A stretch of DNA of 64,000 nt, taken from assembly GCF_002113885.1 (NCBI RefSeq), contig NW_018406089.1:586447-650446 (forward strand). Reading direction: 5' to 3'. Below are positions 25,291-38,570 of the stretch, in pieces (position 1 is the first letter of the stretch; the number at the start of each line of letters is the position of its first letter). The position numbers and the translations under genes were made by a program. Under the pieces are notes generated by a model. The model did no database searches. It saw nothing but the letters and a program-made list of their open reading frames with translations, and was not told the origin of the DNA. This stretch comes from Mizuhopecten yessoensis. Its lineage: Eukaryota.

Positions 25291-26337
25291 AAATGTTTAA
25301 CCATGCATGCGAACCGTATCATATAATGCTTAAACAAATTACAATCTAATTAAAAAACAGATATGAATTTATCACGTATGCCATTAGCTTCAGACGTAGT
25401 GCATGATGAAGATCTGTATTTTAATCAGATTGGAACAGGTTATATAGGCATGTCATCCAATCCTATTTTGTTTATCTTTACAATTTGTTGAAAGGAAAAT
25501 AGAACTTCCTTACGATAAAGGAACTATGAGAAGAATTTAATGGAAATGCTGGAAAATTCGTAGGAAACGAAACTACACGCAATCAGGATCATGAAGCTGA
25601 TGGGCGTGAAAGTTCTATTTATCACCAATACAGCTGGTGGTATAAATCAGGAATATGACAAAGGGGACATCATGATCATCAAGATCAGATTTTCCTCCCT
25701 GGATTTGCTGGACAAAGTCCTCTCTATGGACAAAATGACGATAGTTGAGAAGAAATGAAACCAAAACGCTTTTTAGGGCGGTAACAAAATGAAATTAAAA
25801 CGCTTGTCAGGGCATTGACAAATATATATACCAAATTATTAAATTAAAGCATATGATAGTGTTTTGCTATAATGCAGAACGATGCACATCACATAAAACT
25901 TTCAAAATATCTTAACTTTGATTTTTATTGATTGATGGATAAAATCTATATTCGACTTTTTGTATATATATATATTTATATGAGGCCACATAGTCTGCAG
26001 ATTATTTTACGGGAATTTAACCATAGTAATCTTTTTTTTTTCTTTTTTTTTCTCCCCTCTTATTATGAAAATCGATTTGAAATCAAATAATCAGTTTTGT
26101 CTTTAACTTTGGTAAGAATCGCATTTGAAATGTGCAACAATGTCCTAGCACTGCACTCATTTCTCCTCGTTGTTCTCCACGAAAGACCATCTAACTCACA
26201 AGATTACCTCTTTCACAGCCAAAAACTTGCAGCCACTGTAAACGAGGTTTAAATTCACATACCTGCACACAATCAAACAATATTACATTTTGAAATTCCT
26301 TTACTTTTAAGCATCCGATTGTCGGTGAAACAGTTTT

Positions 26338-26471
26338 GATTTGTTTTGGGTTTGACTTTCTCGCAACAGCCAGGGTCATGTGTAGACGGGTGCCTAGGGA
26401 GACACAACAGCCAGGGTCGTGTGTAGACGGGTGCCTAAGGAGACACAACAGCCAGGGTCATATGTAGACGG
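26338..26471 (-). mobile_element. SINE 3' tail with a triplicated 41-bp segment
   Basis: CAACAGCCAGGGTC.TGTGTAGACGG at 26364, 26405 and 26446; the reverse complement matches the tail at 3915-3995. Confidence 0.7.
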
Positions 26472-27567
26472 AGCATGCTGTAGGTACTGCACATCTACTT
26501 TATAAATCTGTGTTTGAAATTATCTTTCACTTATTCCCTTCTAAGACATTTATGTTGTTTCATTTTCTAGATTTTCCTTGTATGTCTAAAGCGTACAGTA
26601 AGCGACTGCGGGATCATGCTCAGATCACGGCGAAGTCTATAGGACTGCAAGGGTTCACTCTCCGTGAGGGTGTCTATTTTATGTATACTGGTCCTTGCAT
26701 CGAGACCGTTTCGGAGGGCAGGTTCATTCATATGCTCGGCGCTGATGTCGTAGGTAAGATAACAGTGTATTGTTCTATAACATAATATAATACTGTACAG
26801 AACGTATGGATTATGGTTCCCACTTTGTTATATGATAAACTGGATGCGTAATGCGTTTTTGAACTGATGCTAGTTCTAAGGTGAATCTGAAGAGGTTTCA
26901 GTGAGCGTGATACCCTTTGTCGCTCAACCGATGACATCGGAAGAATGATCCTTCTAGCAGACGCATGTTTCTTTTCTTTCTTCTTTTGAATTGGATTGAT
27001 AAACATAGATATATACCAATCACCAAAGCAAAGCTTTATTCTACTGAGCGAAACCATCTAGAATTCGTGACTATAATGTCATCTTCGCGCAGATAGTATG
27101 TTGATCTCTGGCTGACAATCAGTTTATATCGATATAATAAACAGTTGTTCCAGTTATCGATTTATATGATATCCACCCTAGAGACATTGCATCACTCATA
27201 CTACGCTCTCAGGCGGACATATCTTCGTGTCAACCTGTGACTGGGATAATAGTATTAGAAACACAAATGGAAAAATGGCTCTCATTTACGTTAGGTATTG
27301 TCAAAAAAGGAAAGAAAATCAATGTCAAAGAAACGAAACGAAACGGGAAACAGTGACACTCACTTCATTTCGTCTTTAGGTATATAAAGGATGACTATCC
27401 ACGAAAGGGGAGGGGTACAAGCTCGTGCAGGACTGTTATTTGACCTTCCTGGTATAAATGAGTTTGATGGGGTTGTTCTAACTTTGATTTCAGGAACTTC
27501 TTGCATGGTGTCACTTTCGGTTTTTTATTTGGGGGGAGGGGGAGGGGNNNNNNNNNNNNNNNNNNNN

Positions 27568-27785
27568 GCGTCGGCCAAGTGGTTACGGCGTCTGACATTC
27601 TGCTACCACTAGCTCTTCCCCACTGGGTCGCAGGTTCGAGAACTACATGGGACAGTCGCCTGGTACTGTCCGTATGTGAGTAGTTTTTCTCCCGGAACCA
27701 CAACACAAAACCCACAAAAACCTGGCACGTCCTTCAATGACCATAGCTGTTAATAGGACGTAAATCACAAACCGATCAAAAACCT
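27568..27785 (+). mobile_element. Near full-length tRNA-derived SINE
   Basis: A box (GGCCAAGTGGTT), B box (GGTTCGAGA), central GTTTTTCTCCCGG, tail GGCACGTCCTTCAATGACCATAGCTGTTAATAGGACGTAAA and an A/C-rich end. The 5' end abuts an N gap. Confidence 0.7.
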
Positions 27786-28529
27786 AAATTTTACTTTGGA
27801 TTTTTTAAGGGTTCGTGATATATTTTTCTTCTTTTTCAATATTTTAGCATTGCTGTTGTTTCTTTTAATGCCCTAACATATATGTACTTTCTTTGCAGGT
27901 ATGAGTACATGTCCTGAGGTGACTGTGACTGTCCACTGTGGAATGGAGGTATTTGGGATTTCAATAGTCACCAACAAGTCTGCTCTAAAATCAGATTCTG
28001 ATGAGGTGGTCTGTACGATTGAAGAGGTGCTAGACACTGCAGCTGTACGGAGCAAAGATTTACAGAAGTTGATTACAGCTATGGTAGAGACACTAGATTT
28101 ACATCCAACACCAAAAAACAAGTCGGGATTAGTCCAATACTAACTGATGAATGTGATACAAACTGCAATGGTTATATGAATGACTTTACTGTACCCTTAT
28201 ACCATCGGGTTTAGATATAAACGGTTTTTATGTTAAGATCTAAATTAGTTAATATTCAGACACACTCTGTCTTAATGTCTAGAGCCAATCAAATAGTTTC
28301 TACTAGTAATAGTACACATTGTTTTATACACAGAGGTACATTGATCATTATACATCGTTGTATATCACTTGGATAGAACCACTATGACATTAAAATCGTT
28401 GGTAACTAACGGGAAAATAAAGATAAATACGACGTTGCTTAGGTGAAGATTACGTATTAAATACTAGATAGCTAGTTAAAGGTAGACATTCAATGAATTG
28501 TCGCCACCTAAGGGGAAACATTTTATACC

Positions 28530-30595
28530 GTGACGCCAGTTAAAGAGAGCTATTCAGTACATTGTCGCCAGTTAAAGAGAAACATTCCAAAAAGGGTCCA
28601 AGTTAAAGAGAAACACTCAATAGTTTGTCGCCAGTTGAAGAAAATTATTCAGTACACTGTCGCCAGTTAAAGAGAAACACTCCAAAAAGGGTCCAAACTA
28701 AAGAGAAATACTCAATAGTTTGTCGCCAGTTGAAGAGAAACATATTAAACCTTGTCGCCAATTGAAAAGAACTATTAAATGCATTGTCGCCGATTAAAGA
28801 GAAACATTTAATACGTTATCACCAATTAAAGAGAAATATTCAAAACACTGTCGCCAGTTAAAGAGAAACACTAATTACCGGGTTGCCATTTCGGGATAGC
28901 TTTTCAATACGTTGTTGCCAGTAAGAGAGAAACATTCAATACGTTGTCGCCAGTTAGAGAGAAACATTCAATACGTTGTCGCCAGTTAGAGAGAAACATT
29001 CAATACGTTGTCGCCAGTTATAGAGAAACATTCGAAAGTTGTCGCCAGTTAGAGAGAAAAGAGAAACTTTCAATACATGGTCGCCATTTCGAGAGAAACA
29101 TTCAATACATGGTCGCTATTTAGAGAGAAACATTCACTACATGGTCGCCATTTAGAGAGAAGCATTCACTACATGGTCGCTATTTAGAGAGAATAATTCA
29201 CTACATGGTCGCCATTTTGAGAGAAACATTCACTACATGGTCGCGAGTTAGAGAGAAACATTCAATACGTTGTCGCCAGTTAGAGAGAAACATTCAATAC
29301 GTTGTCGCCAGTTAGAGAGAAACATTCAATACGTTGTCGCCAGTTATAGAGAAACATTCGAAAGTTGTCGCCAGTTAGAGAGAAAAGAGAAACTTTCAAT
29401 ACATGGTCGCCATTTCGAGAGAAACATTCAATACATGGTCGCCATTTAGAGAGAAACATTCAATACATGGTCGCCATTTCGAGAGAAACATTCAATACAT
29501 GGTCGCCATTTAGAGAGAAACATTCAATACATGGTCGCTATTTAGAGAGAAACATTCACTACATGGTCGCCATTTTGAGAGAAACATTCACTACATGGTC
29601 GCTATTTAGAGAGAATCATTCACTACATGGTCGCCATTTTGAGAGAAACATTCAATACATGGTCGCCATTTAGAGAGAAACATTCACTACATGGTCGCTA
29701 TTTAGAGAGAAACATTCACTACATGGTCGCCATTTAGAGAGAAGCATTCACTACATGGTCGCTATTTAGAGAGAATAATTCACTACATGGTCGCCATTTT
29801 GAGAGAAACATTCACTACATGGTCGCGAGTTAGAGAGAAACATTCAATACGTTGTCGCCAGTTAGAGAGAAACATTCAATACGTTGTCGCCAGTTAGAGA
29901 GAAACATTCAATACGTTGTCGCCAGTTATAGAGAAACATTCGAAAGTTGTCGCCAGTTAGAGAGAAAAGAGAAACTTTCAATACATGGTCGCCATTTCGA
30001 GAGAAACATTCAATACATGGTCGCCATTTAGAGAGAAACATTCAATACATGGTCGCCATTTCGAGAGAAACATTCAATACATGGTCGCTATTTAGAGAGA
30101 AACATTCACTACATGGTCGCCATTTTGAGAGAAACATTCACTACATGGTCGCTATTTAGAGAGAAACATTCAAAAGTTGTCGCCAGTTAGAGAGAAAAGA
30201 GAAACTTTCAATACATGGTCGCCATTTCGAGAGAAACATTCAATACATGGTCGCCATTTCGAGAGAAACATTCACTACATGGTCGCTATTTAGAGAGAAA
30301 CATTCACTACATGGTCGCCATTTAGAGAGAAGCATTCACTACATGGTCGCTATTTAGAGAGAATAATTCACTACATGGTCGCCATTTTGAGAGAAACATT
30401 CACTACATGGTCGCGAGTTAGAGAGAAACATTCACTTCAGGGTCGCCAGTTAGAGAGAAACATTCAATACATGGTCGCCATTTAGAGAGAAACAGTTAAT
30501 ACATGGTCGCCAGTTAAACTCAAACATCTAATACTGAAACCTCCAATACAGGGTTGTCAGTTAAAGAGAACTTTTTATACATTGTTGCCAGTTGA
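28530..30595. repeat. Minisatellite, 32-bp unit AGAGAGAAACATTCA(A/C)TACATGGTCGCCATTT, about 60 copies, with higher-order blocks
   Basis: Directly visible. Homogeneous centre, diverged flanks; a marker variant (AAAGTTGTCGCCAGTTAGAGAGAAAAGAGAAACTTTC) recurs near 29035, 29361, 29943 and 30173. Confidence 0.97.
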
Positions 30596-33500
30596 AATGT
30601 GTAAGAATTTGCAAGATTTTGAGGAACAGAAATACAGAAATACACGTTTATTTTCGTTAAATTGTTAAACTGTAAATTAGTTTGATTTATGTACAATTAC
30701 GCTGTTGACTTGATATCGACATGTTTGTGATAATTGCAAGACAGGATACTTGTGATGTATATCATGATTTAATGTATTAACGGTTTGTTCTGATTAAGCA
30801 GGATTATGTCGGGTAGCACATGTTGTGTATAAAACGCTTATCCTTCCTAATTACTTCATGTCGCTTCAGTCTTTCACTATGTCTGTGCTTTTATTTTGAT
30901 GTATCCGTAAATCTAGTTTTTGGTTTTTCGTCCATCGATTGTATGTCCCACTTTTCTCATTACGTGTCTTCATGTAACACTTATTGCGTTCTCACTGATA
31001 TTTGGCAATAATTCACGTTTGAAAAAAAACATAATAGAGTGTTGTGTTATTGTTTAAGCATCAGAGGAGTTCATAGTCCCACAAATGCCACAAAAGAAAG
31101 CGAATTGTCAGGTTTATATCTTTTAAAAAATCAGTTTTGCACTTCAGCTAGGTCTGCACTTAGTAGCTAGCACTTAATGCTTTTCCATATCACACTAATA
31201 ATACAGATTATTAGCGTATCAAAAATATATGACGTTCACCGCTGTATCATATTGATCGACTGTTTTATCATATTGTTTATCATACAAACGTTTAATACCT
31301 CACAGGCAAAGCCTTATGGTAATGCTAAAAATATACCTTATATAAGTGATAACCATCCTTTAGTACGATGCCCAATTATTTTATATATATTTTTGAAACA
31401 TTTGCAGGTAACAAGAAAAGTTCTATTTTGAACATATACCATTTTTCTCCAATCAAAACTTTCACGACTTTACCTTGAAAGAAAAACAAAATTAAACAAA
31501 TTAAACGAATATAAATACTTTAATTTATCTTATTCCTAAATACTTAAAACTGAAAACATAAAGCATGCAAAATTGGAATTTAAATTTAAAACTTTCCTCG
31601 TGAATCAAATGATACAAGAATATTCTTTTATATTTTTGTCTTGTTTTATGGAAAGTTTAACGTGAACTGTGTATGTACAGGGGAAACTCTTTCAGCCATG
31701 CTGTGTTAAGAACAATTTGTTTTCACTTCGTGCCACTGATGTGTACCCCCAATTTGAATTAAATTTAAAATAAAAAATATCATCATGAATCGCATATTAC
31801 AAAAATATTAAAATATGTAAGTGCAGGGGAAACAACCCTTGCGACCATGCTGTGATTGGAACATTTTGTTTTCTCATCTTTCCATATTTACTTAACTAGT
31901 AACACCAAAGATTTAGAATACGAAGCATGAACGGTAAAGTTTCCATTATTGTCCATGGGAATGTAATTTAGAATACGGAATGACATGGGAAACTGTAAAG
32001 GTATTAAATTGATTTCATTTAATAGATGTTCTTTTCAGGTTTATAATGAGATTTGGTCCAGAAAAGCGTTGATTCACACACCTTCTATATCAGTTTATTT
32101 AACGTTACAAATTCAAGATAATTCAAAATAAAATGGAGGAGCACACATCCGTGTCTACAAGCATTCGAGGAGACGTCCAAATAAAAAGCAAGACAGCAAG
32201 CCTCTGAAGAAACACCAAAACAAAACGAAGGCCTCATTCCTTCAGCAAAATAATCAGAACTAAATTTAGGTGCTTCGGAAGGATAAGCGTTTCATACTTT
32301 ATCACGTTTGACTCCCTTCACGATGTAAATCATGTATGTCTGTTACGTGTACTCGTCATACATGACACTGTGTCACGTAACGATGATGACGCGAGTGTAC
32401 AGTGTGGTTTTAATATTTCCACAATTAATATATATGAATCAGTATAGGACCTCATTTATATTGTAAAATGTTAACGGATATCTTAAGCATGTGTGATGAG
32501 GACCAATCGCTGCGCCCAAAGGAGGACAATGTTCGTGTTAAGCCAGTAACAACGAAAGGTTAATCAATAAAGCTGAGATTGCGTTCTCGAAATTTAATGT
32601 TACTCGTGTGTGAATTACAAAACGTAAACGTAAAATAGTATGCCCCTCTCCAATGCATTTCATGACCGTAAATAACTAAATATGCATTACATCACTTCAG
32701 TGTTTTTACACAAGATTATTGAAAAGGTAAAGTAAAAAGATAGACAGAAGCACGTTGTACTTACTAAAACGTTATGTGATGAAACGTGCATAATGCTGCA
32801 AGAGTTCATACCATTCAAATATCTATGCAATAGGCATTCTTCAAAGCACCTACAACGCCACGACTATTTAAGTAACTGTTGAGAGGTAACCCTGTTTTAT
32901 AAACATCACCTTAACCGACTAGTTGATTTCCAAATAAAAACAGTTTGTATAAATTAATGTATAAAGTTATGAGGAATATATTACTTCCTTCAACTTTTTA
33001 ATTTTTGCAACCTTAATATATTATGTTTAATACCTTAAACATATTTTCTTTTTAGATTATAATACTGCATGCAATCATTATCCGGATTAGGACACCTTTA
33101 TAATGTTATCAACGGTAGTGTGTAACATAAGACCAGGGTATTAGTGGTACTACCTGTGTGTTACATAGCAAAGAAATGTTAAATAAGACTACTAAATATT
33201 TATAAAGATGTACGTGAACAAACGTATCAAATGTGTGCCATTTAATTGAGTATTTGCACACTCATGTTGATGAATGTGGCAATTAAATATCTGCATGTTA
33301 GAGCACGTGAAAATTGAGTTAAAATTCTCCGGCAACCTTGTACGGGTGCTTTAACAAAGACGAGTTAAATTTGACTGTTGGAATGATTTTATTCAATACA
33401 CACCGAAGTGTAACATTTTGCTGAGTAATCCAAGACTGTATACAGTGTGCTGACAAAACGTAGTAATAATTATACACTTAACAATAATAATACTGATCAC

Positions 33501-35784
33501 GGGCAAATCAAAGTCATTCACACGCAAACACAACATGAACACACGCTGAAGACAGCCCGTCACAGTAACTGTGGTATTATTAACATGTTAACAACTCCAT
33601 TTCCGATCATTCGACATCAGCCGGTAAAGTTTACTGTATGATATACATGTAATATCACAGTTAAATCGCACCATAGAAAATTCTATCAAATATAATTTCG
33701 TTGTCAAAATATTAATTTATACCCAAATAAAGAGCATGTTATCTATTTTTTGATCGATTCTCCGACCGCAAACAATTATTCAGAGGAAACAAAATACATT
33801 GATGGGGTGCTTTGTTCTAAATTTGTACGTGTGTCTAATTATATGAAAGACAACCATTTATCATTCTCAAAAATCACAGCCTTATTTCTATCTAACGTCA
33901 ATGATATCACCACATGTCTGTGTCTCAAAAGAGACTCAATGTATAGACTTAAATAATACTCTAACTAAAACAAGCAAAAAGAAAACAAAAAAATAAAAGT
34001 GAGTAATACAAACAGGTCAAAGTTAAAAAGGAATTTCTGAATATAACGCTAATAATGCAAGGTTCCTTTACACCAGATATAACCAAAGAATGTAGCCTAT
34101 CCTAGCTTACTGCATGTCGATTGATTGAGCAAAACAAAAGAAAAATAATACAATAAATTAAAATACAGAAATTCTAAGATATCTATGTTAACAACAGATA
34201 ATCTCAAAATAATCTTAATATAGAAATGTTTACAAACACGATGACCAGACCTGAGTGTCACAGGTAATCATGGTAATTAAGTCTATGTACAAAGCACCAA
34301 AATGAACAAAACAATGTTACTGTGCCTTTCAAAACATTTAAGATCCTCGAATACAGTTTTAAGCTCGAGTAAATGTGAAAATCGTCACAAAGGCTTCTGT
34401 GTAAACTAACTACGAGAAAACAAAAACGTGCACAGTAAAGCTCAATACTAGAAATCATGGACAATGTGTGATAAAATTACTTTTACCTGGTAAATACATT
34501 TCGTGTTCCAATAAATAGGGACCTGAAATGTAACATCTGTATACCAATATATCGCACTCTGTTGAAATTGGCCACTACACATGCTATTACGGTTGCCAAT
34601 GTTTTGTGCCCGATGGCCAATAATAAGAAACTAAATCAGGAATTAATTTGACAAACTGTAATAAAGCCCAATATCTCTATACAAGTGGGTAATACTGTAA
34701 GTACTGATAGGCTACCCAAGGTAACTCTATTGACAAGGAGATGGTAGACCTAACAATATCATAAGCGGTTGTGGTACCAGATACAGGTCCACAGTATAAC
34801 GGCAGTGCTCACAAATTCATCAAATCTATCTGTATGTTATTCGTGTTAGTAGTGTTGTTAGGACGATTACAGTCTGTGCTGAACTGTCAGTGTAGGAATT
34901 GTTTTGACATAAATATGGTAAAAGGTATCAGTGTTTAGTTTTAATGTAGTTAATGTTAATTTACAAGATTTTTAACGATGGCAAGATTGCTACTAGTACT
35001 GTATGGTGCTTGTATTTCACGGAAGATCTACTCTCGTTATAGTCGTGATCTGAAAAAAACTCGAATTTAAACCCAAAGATTTCGTTACCATTGGGCAGCG
35101 AGAGTTTAAATTAATGACTTTCTATGATATTGCCCCGTTATTCAAACGAATCGCTTTCATGAAAAATCCCGAAAGTTTCACACCGCGAAATATAGCGCTA
35201 AACAGGATAACGTTAACAGCATTCTATCCAATAACAATTCGCTATGCTCAGCTGTAATTAAGTTTAGACACTTTGATTAATCTTTACTTATTAGTGCTTT
35301 ATTTCATACTAACGAGCACATGTGAATTATATGATATTTAATGTAGTATATTTGGAATTACCCTTGAAAACTTTACAATGAATTTTCAGTAATATCTTAG
35401 TCATAATACTGTGAGTTGTGTTACTGTTACTGATACAGACTATCATATGAATTCAATTAATTCTGTTATTTACATTATTCATGAAATAATTAAAAAAAAA
35501 AAAAAAACAGTTTCTTGTGACAATGTTCTTTGTATCTTGCAGAGTATAGGATTACCTATCAGTTATAAACGATGTATACTATATTTAACTCTCGCACATT
35601 TCTTTAGACTATGTTCCGAATATACAGGTTTGGGGGTATATAAAGAAAAATACCCCCCTCCGAAATCAGTCTCTAGATCGGCTACCATTACGGAGCTGAT
35701 TGACGAGAAATACCGTATACCTCCATGATGTTCTCGCTAATATTATTCCACTGTTTCGTCCTACACCTGAAGTTGTCTCCCACA

Positions 35785-36039
35785 CTAGTTGATGGCCTCC
35801 GTTGGCCAGTTGAGTTGCCTGATAAGTCCCCCTTTCGGCTTGGCGTACTTGCCATATTTCTCCAGTTTGTTTGTGGGATTTGTAGACCTCCAGCCAATGT
35901 CACGCGCGGTAGTTTTGGGGAAAGGTTTAGGGGACGGTTCCACTTTTATGTACTCCTCAATAGGGGTCACTGGTTTCATCTGGAATAGTGGTTGGGTCTT
36001 CTTGTCTTTGTCCCATTCAGGGAAATCGTCTTTCACCAA
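35785..36039 (-). CDS. CIMIP1: CIMIP1/C20orf85 (LLC1)-like ciliary microtubule inner protein, exon 3; gene = complement(join(35785-36039,39978-40059,46875-46936)), 132 aa
   Basis: Acceptor aatcgcAG, phase 0. Encodes LVKDDFPEWD...FQMKPVTPIEEYIKVEPSPKPFPKTTARDIGWRS...GGLIRQLNWPTEAIN*, recognisably like human C20orf85 (RPVTPVEKYIKVFPSPPVPQTTQGFIGWRS...WP). Confidence 0.88.
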   Translation of the reverse strand: MVKDDFPEWDKDKKTQPLFQMKPVTPIEEYIKVEPSPKPFPKTTARDIGWRSTNPTNKLEKYGKYAKPKGGLIRQLNWPTEAIN

Positions 36040-36812
36040 CTGCGATTGGAAAAGGATACAAATAAGGATGGATGCAAGTCTGTGTCTGCCCTTGTGTCAC
36101 ACAGAGACAATAATTCAAAGGAGACAATGTTTAAAGCAAAACAGATGATTGGTATTCTAACAAAACTGTACGGCTTCAATATAACGCTTACGTTATCCGA
36201 ACTTAGCAAGGAAAGGGGTTTCCATGTCGTTCACGTGCAGCGATATAAGATCACCTTAAATATTCTGTGAAAGAATAAAATGCACAGGTGACTGGTAGAA
36301 TTGTCTTCCAGACAACTAGGAGCAATCCTCATCCTTACCGTCCAAAGTCATAAATAAATCCAATTAGAACAAATTTACCAAAAAAAAATGGTTTTCATTA
36401 GAACAAATACACTAGTTTGCTCAAATCGTAATATGAATATGTAGTATTTAAAGTTTGACAAAGTTATCACTGTCTCTTTTGTAATATGATCTAAACATGA
36501 TGACGTGCCTTTAGTTACAATAATTTCCAAATTATAATATGTTAACTCCCCGCATACCAGAATGTCATAAGTACTGTTCTTCAAACCGTTATGCACACAT
36601 TTCCATTGTCTACTATATCGATAATCTAGTTCTCTTTCCATCACAACATTGTGCAGTCTCAAAACATCACCTACCACCGATAAAGCTACAGAAGTGCCAA
36701 AACGATGTATTTCCCTCTAAAGCATCGTTTGTCACACATTATGTGTGACGTATTAAAACACGCATCGTATCCCGTCCCACGTAACACACCAACCGTTGTT
36801 GTCAAACCTAAG

Positions 36813-36937
36813 TAGATTCAAAACTCACCGAACCATATCAAGAAATGTTAATTTTCTGTTAAATAAAGATAAACACAAAACTGCCAGGTATTTAAATTCT
36901 TATGTAAGTTTGTAAAGGTTGGTGAGTTTTGAACCTA
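36813..36937. mobile_element. Small MITE-like element
   Basis: Inverted termini TAGATTCAAAACTCACCGAACC ... GGTTGGTGAGTTTTGAACCTA, with TA at both ends. Confidence 0.45.
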
Positions 36938-37383
36938 GTAATTTAAACTATAAATAAGTTTCTTAATTAAACTTTTGATATAAAATGAGTATATGAGATG
37001 ACAAAAGCATGACATGAGGTAGGTAAGAAACACATTCTGTTATCTCCCACGGTAAGGTAGTCAATAGTGGCTTCACCTGGCCTTTATTCATGAAACCATT
37101 CTCTTTCTCAAACACAAATTATCTGCTCAAACATACTTGCTGATTTTTAGTAACGGGGTCAAATGGTAAATAAATAAAACGGGAATTTTACTCAGCTGTA
37201 GGTTTAGGATTAATATCTACAACATAACTGATATGAAGTTTGATAAGGGACCCTCTGACTGGAATAAGGAGTTGAGTCTGAGTAGAGAATCTGTGTGTGG
37301 GCGTGAGTATAGGCGGGATCTGGTTAGGAGAGAATTACAACAACCAACAGACGAAGTTATAACGTATACAATGCTATTAAAGA

Positions 37384-37465
37384 CAGTTTGGGTCTGATTC
37401 ACATGTTTCATAGTTTGGCTCTGATTCACATGTTTCACAGTTTGGCTCTGATTCACATGTTTCAA
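37384..37465. repeat. 27-bp tandem repeat, 3 copies (AGTTTGGCTCTGATTCACATGTTTCA.)
   Basis: Directly visible. Confidence 0.9.
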
Positions 37466-38399
37466 TGAATCGCGTGTGTTGATATTTGAGACTTCTGACT
37501 AAAATAATTTTGATATTATTTACAGATATATCATTCATTATCGTGATATAAGGCTAAGTTTGTTTATACCAGTACTAATGAAGAAACAGTTTAAAGTCAC
37601 ATGGTTGTGATAAAGGTTTAAACACACTATACACACTATAGACACTATCTTGACATTCCGTAGGTGTTTTTGTAAATGCCAAATTTACTACTGATTTACT
37701 AGTAATTATGCAAAGTTTTCCCCTGTTATATCCGATCGAAATATATAATGGCGTTTGTTTGTTAACAGTTAGTATCATATTGTTGCTCGTGATTTCTTAC
37801 GAACCAACAACACTACAAACACTGCTATTCATAATAATACAATAAGATACGTTACAAATGTGTAATTACATACAATCATATTCAAAATGAACATCATAGT
37901 GGGACACTAAATATACAATGGACTTTGATTCCACAGAATGTGTTTCTTTACAAACAATTGTTAGTATAATGATTAATGTTTAGCTATTAGTATTGGTTAT
38001 TCCCTACCAGAGACAATATTTCATTTTACGGAAGTTAATTAGCCTTTTATAATGTACTGTAAAGCTCCTTAGAGTTATTTCTTAAATAATATAGGACGTT
38101 ATATAAATGGTGTATATCATTATTGTCTGTACTGTCCTGTCATACCTTAATACATATTAATTGAAGTATTGATTTTCAAAACTTTCAATGTCTTTGGTAA
38201 TACTCATATACGGTGGCGGTTATCCCTATATAACTGACCTTGTTAAAGTTTACCATATTTTACTTGAAGGACAATTCTCTCTGTTGGGTGTTGGCCTAAC
38301 CATGGGTATCGCACCTAGAGAAACGACCTACTCAAGGCATCTCAGAGTGTAACGTGAAGAGATATCCGAACCGATTTATGAGACACTTTACTTTAACAA

Positions 38400-38570
38400 A
38401 TTTCATTGATAACATAAGTCTTTGAACAAATTTCACATAATATATGTCACTGACGACGCTCCGATAGTCTTCAAATAATTTTCATTGATAACATAAGTCT
38501 TTGACCACGTTCGAACACATTTCACATAATATATGTCACTGACGACGCTCCGATAGTCTTCAAATAATTT
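38400..38570. repeat. Tandem duplication of ~80 bp
   Basis: TTTCATTGATAACATAAGTCTTTGA...GTCACTGACGACGCTCCGATAGTCTTCAAATAATT occurs twice; the second copy has a short insertion. Confidence 0.9.

Larger units (their letters stand above)
18260..28143 (+). pseudogene. PNP: Tandem duplicated PNP pseudogene; exons 18260-18423, 20990-21093, ~25572-25744, 26571-26753, 27899-28143
   Basis: Five exons collinear with the upstream PNP. Lesions: exon 2 has -1 and -11 nt deletions giving an early TGA; exon 3 has GGA>TGA at 21055-21057; exon 4 has lost its acceptor AG, carries a frameshift and has donor GT>TT; exon 5 has an ~11-nt 5' deletion. Only the last exon is clean. Confidence 0.9.

Noticed and set aside
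27531-27567. G-rich run next to Ns (also 5595-5616) as a G-quadruplex element
   Set aside because: Adjacent to assembly gaps, so the sequence and length are unreliable.
19031-30159. Repetitive ORFs (YYVDAMVYCI, IIFIYIVD, WSPFREKH)
   Set aside because: Translations of the 28/30-, 22- and 32-bp arrays.
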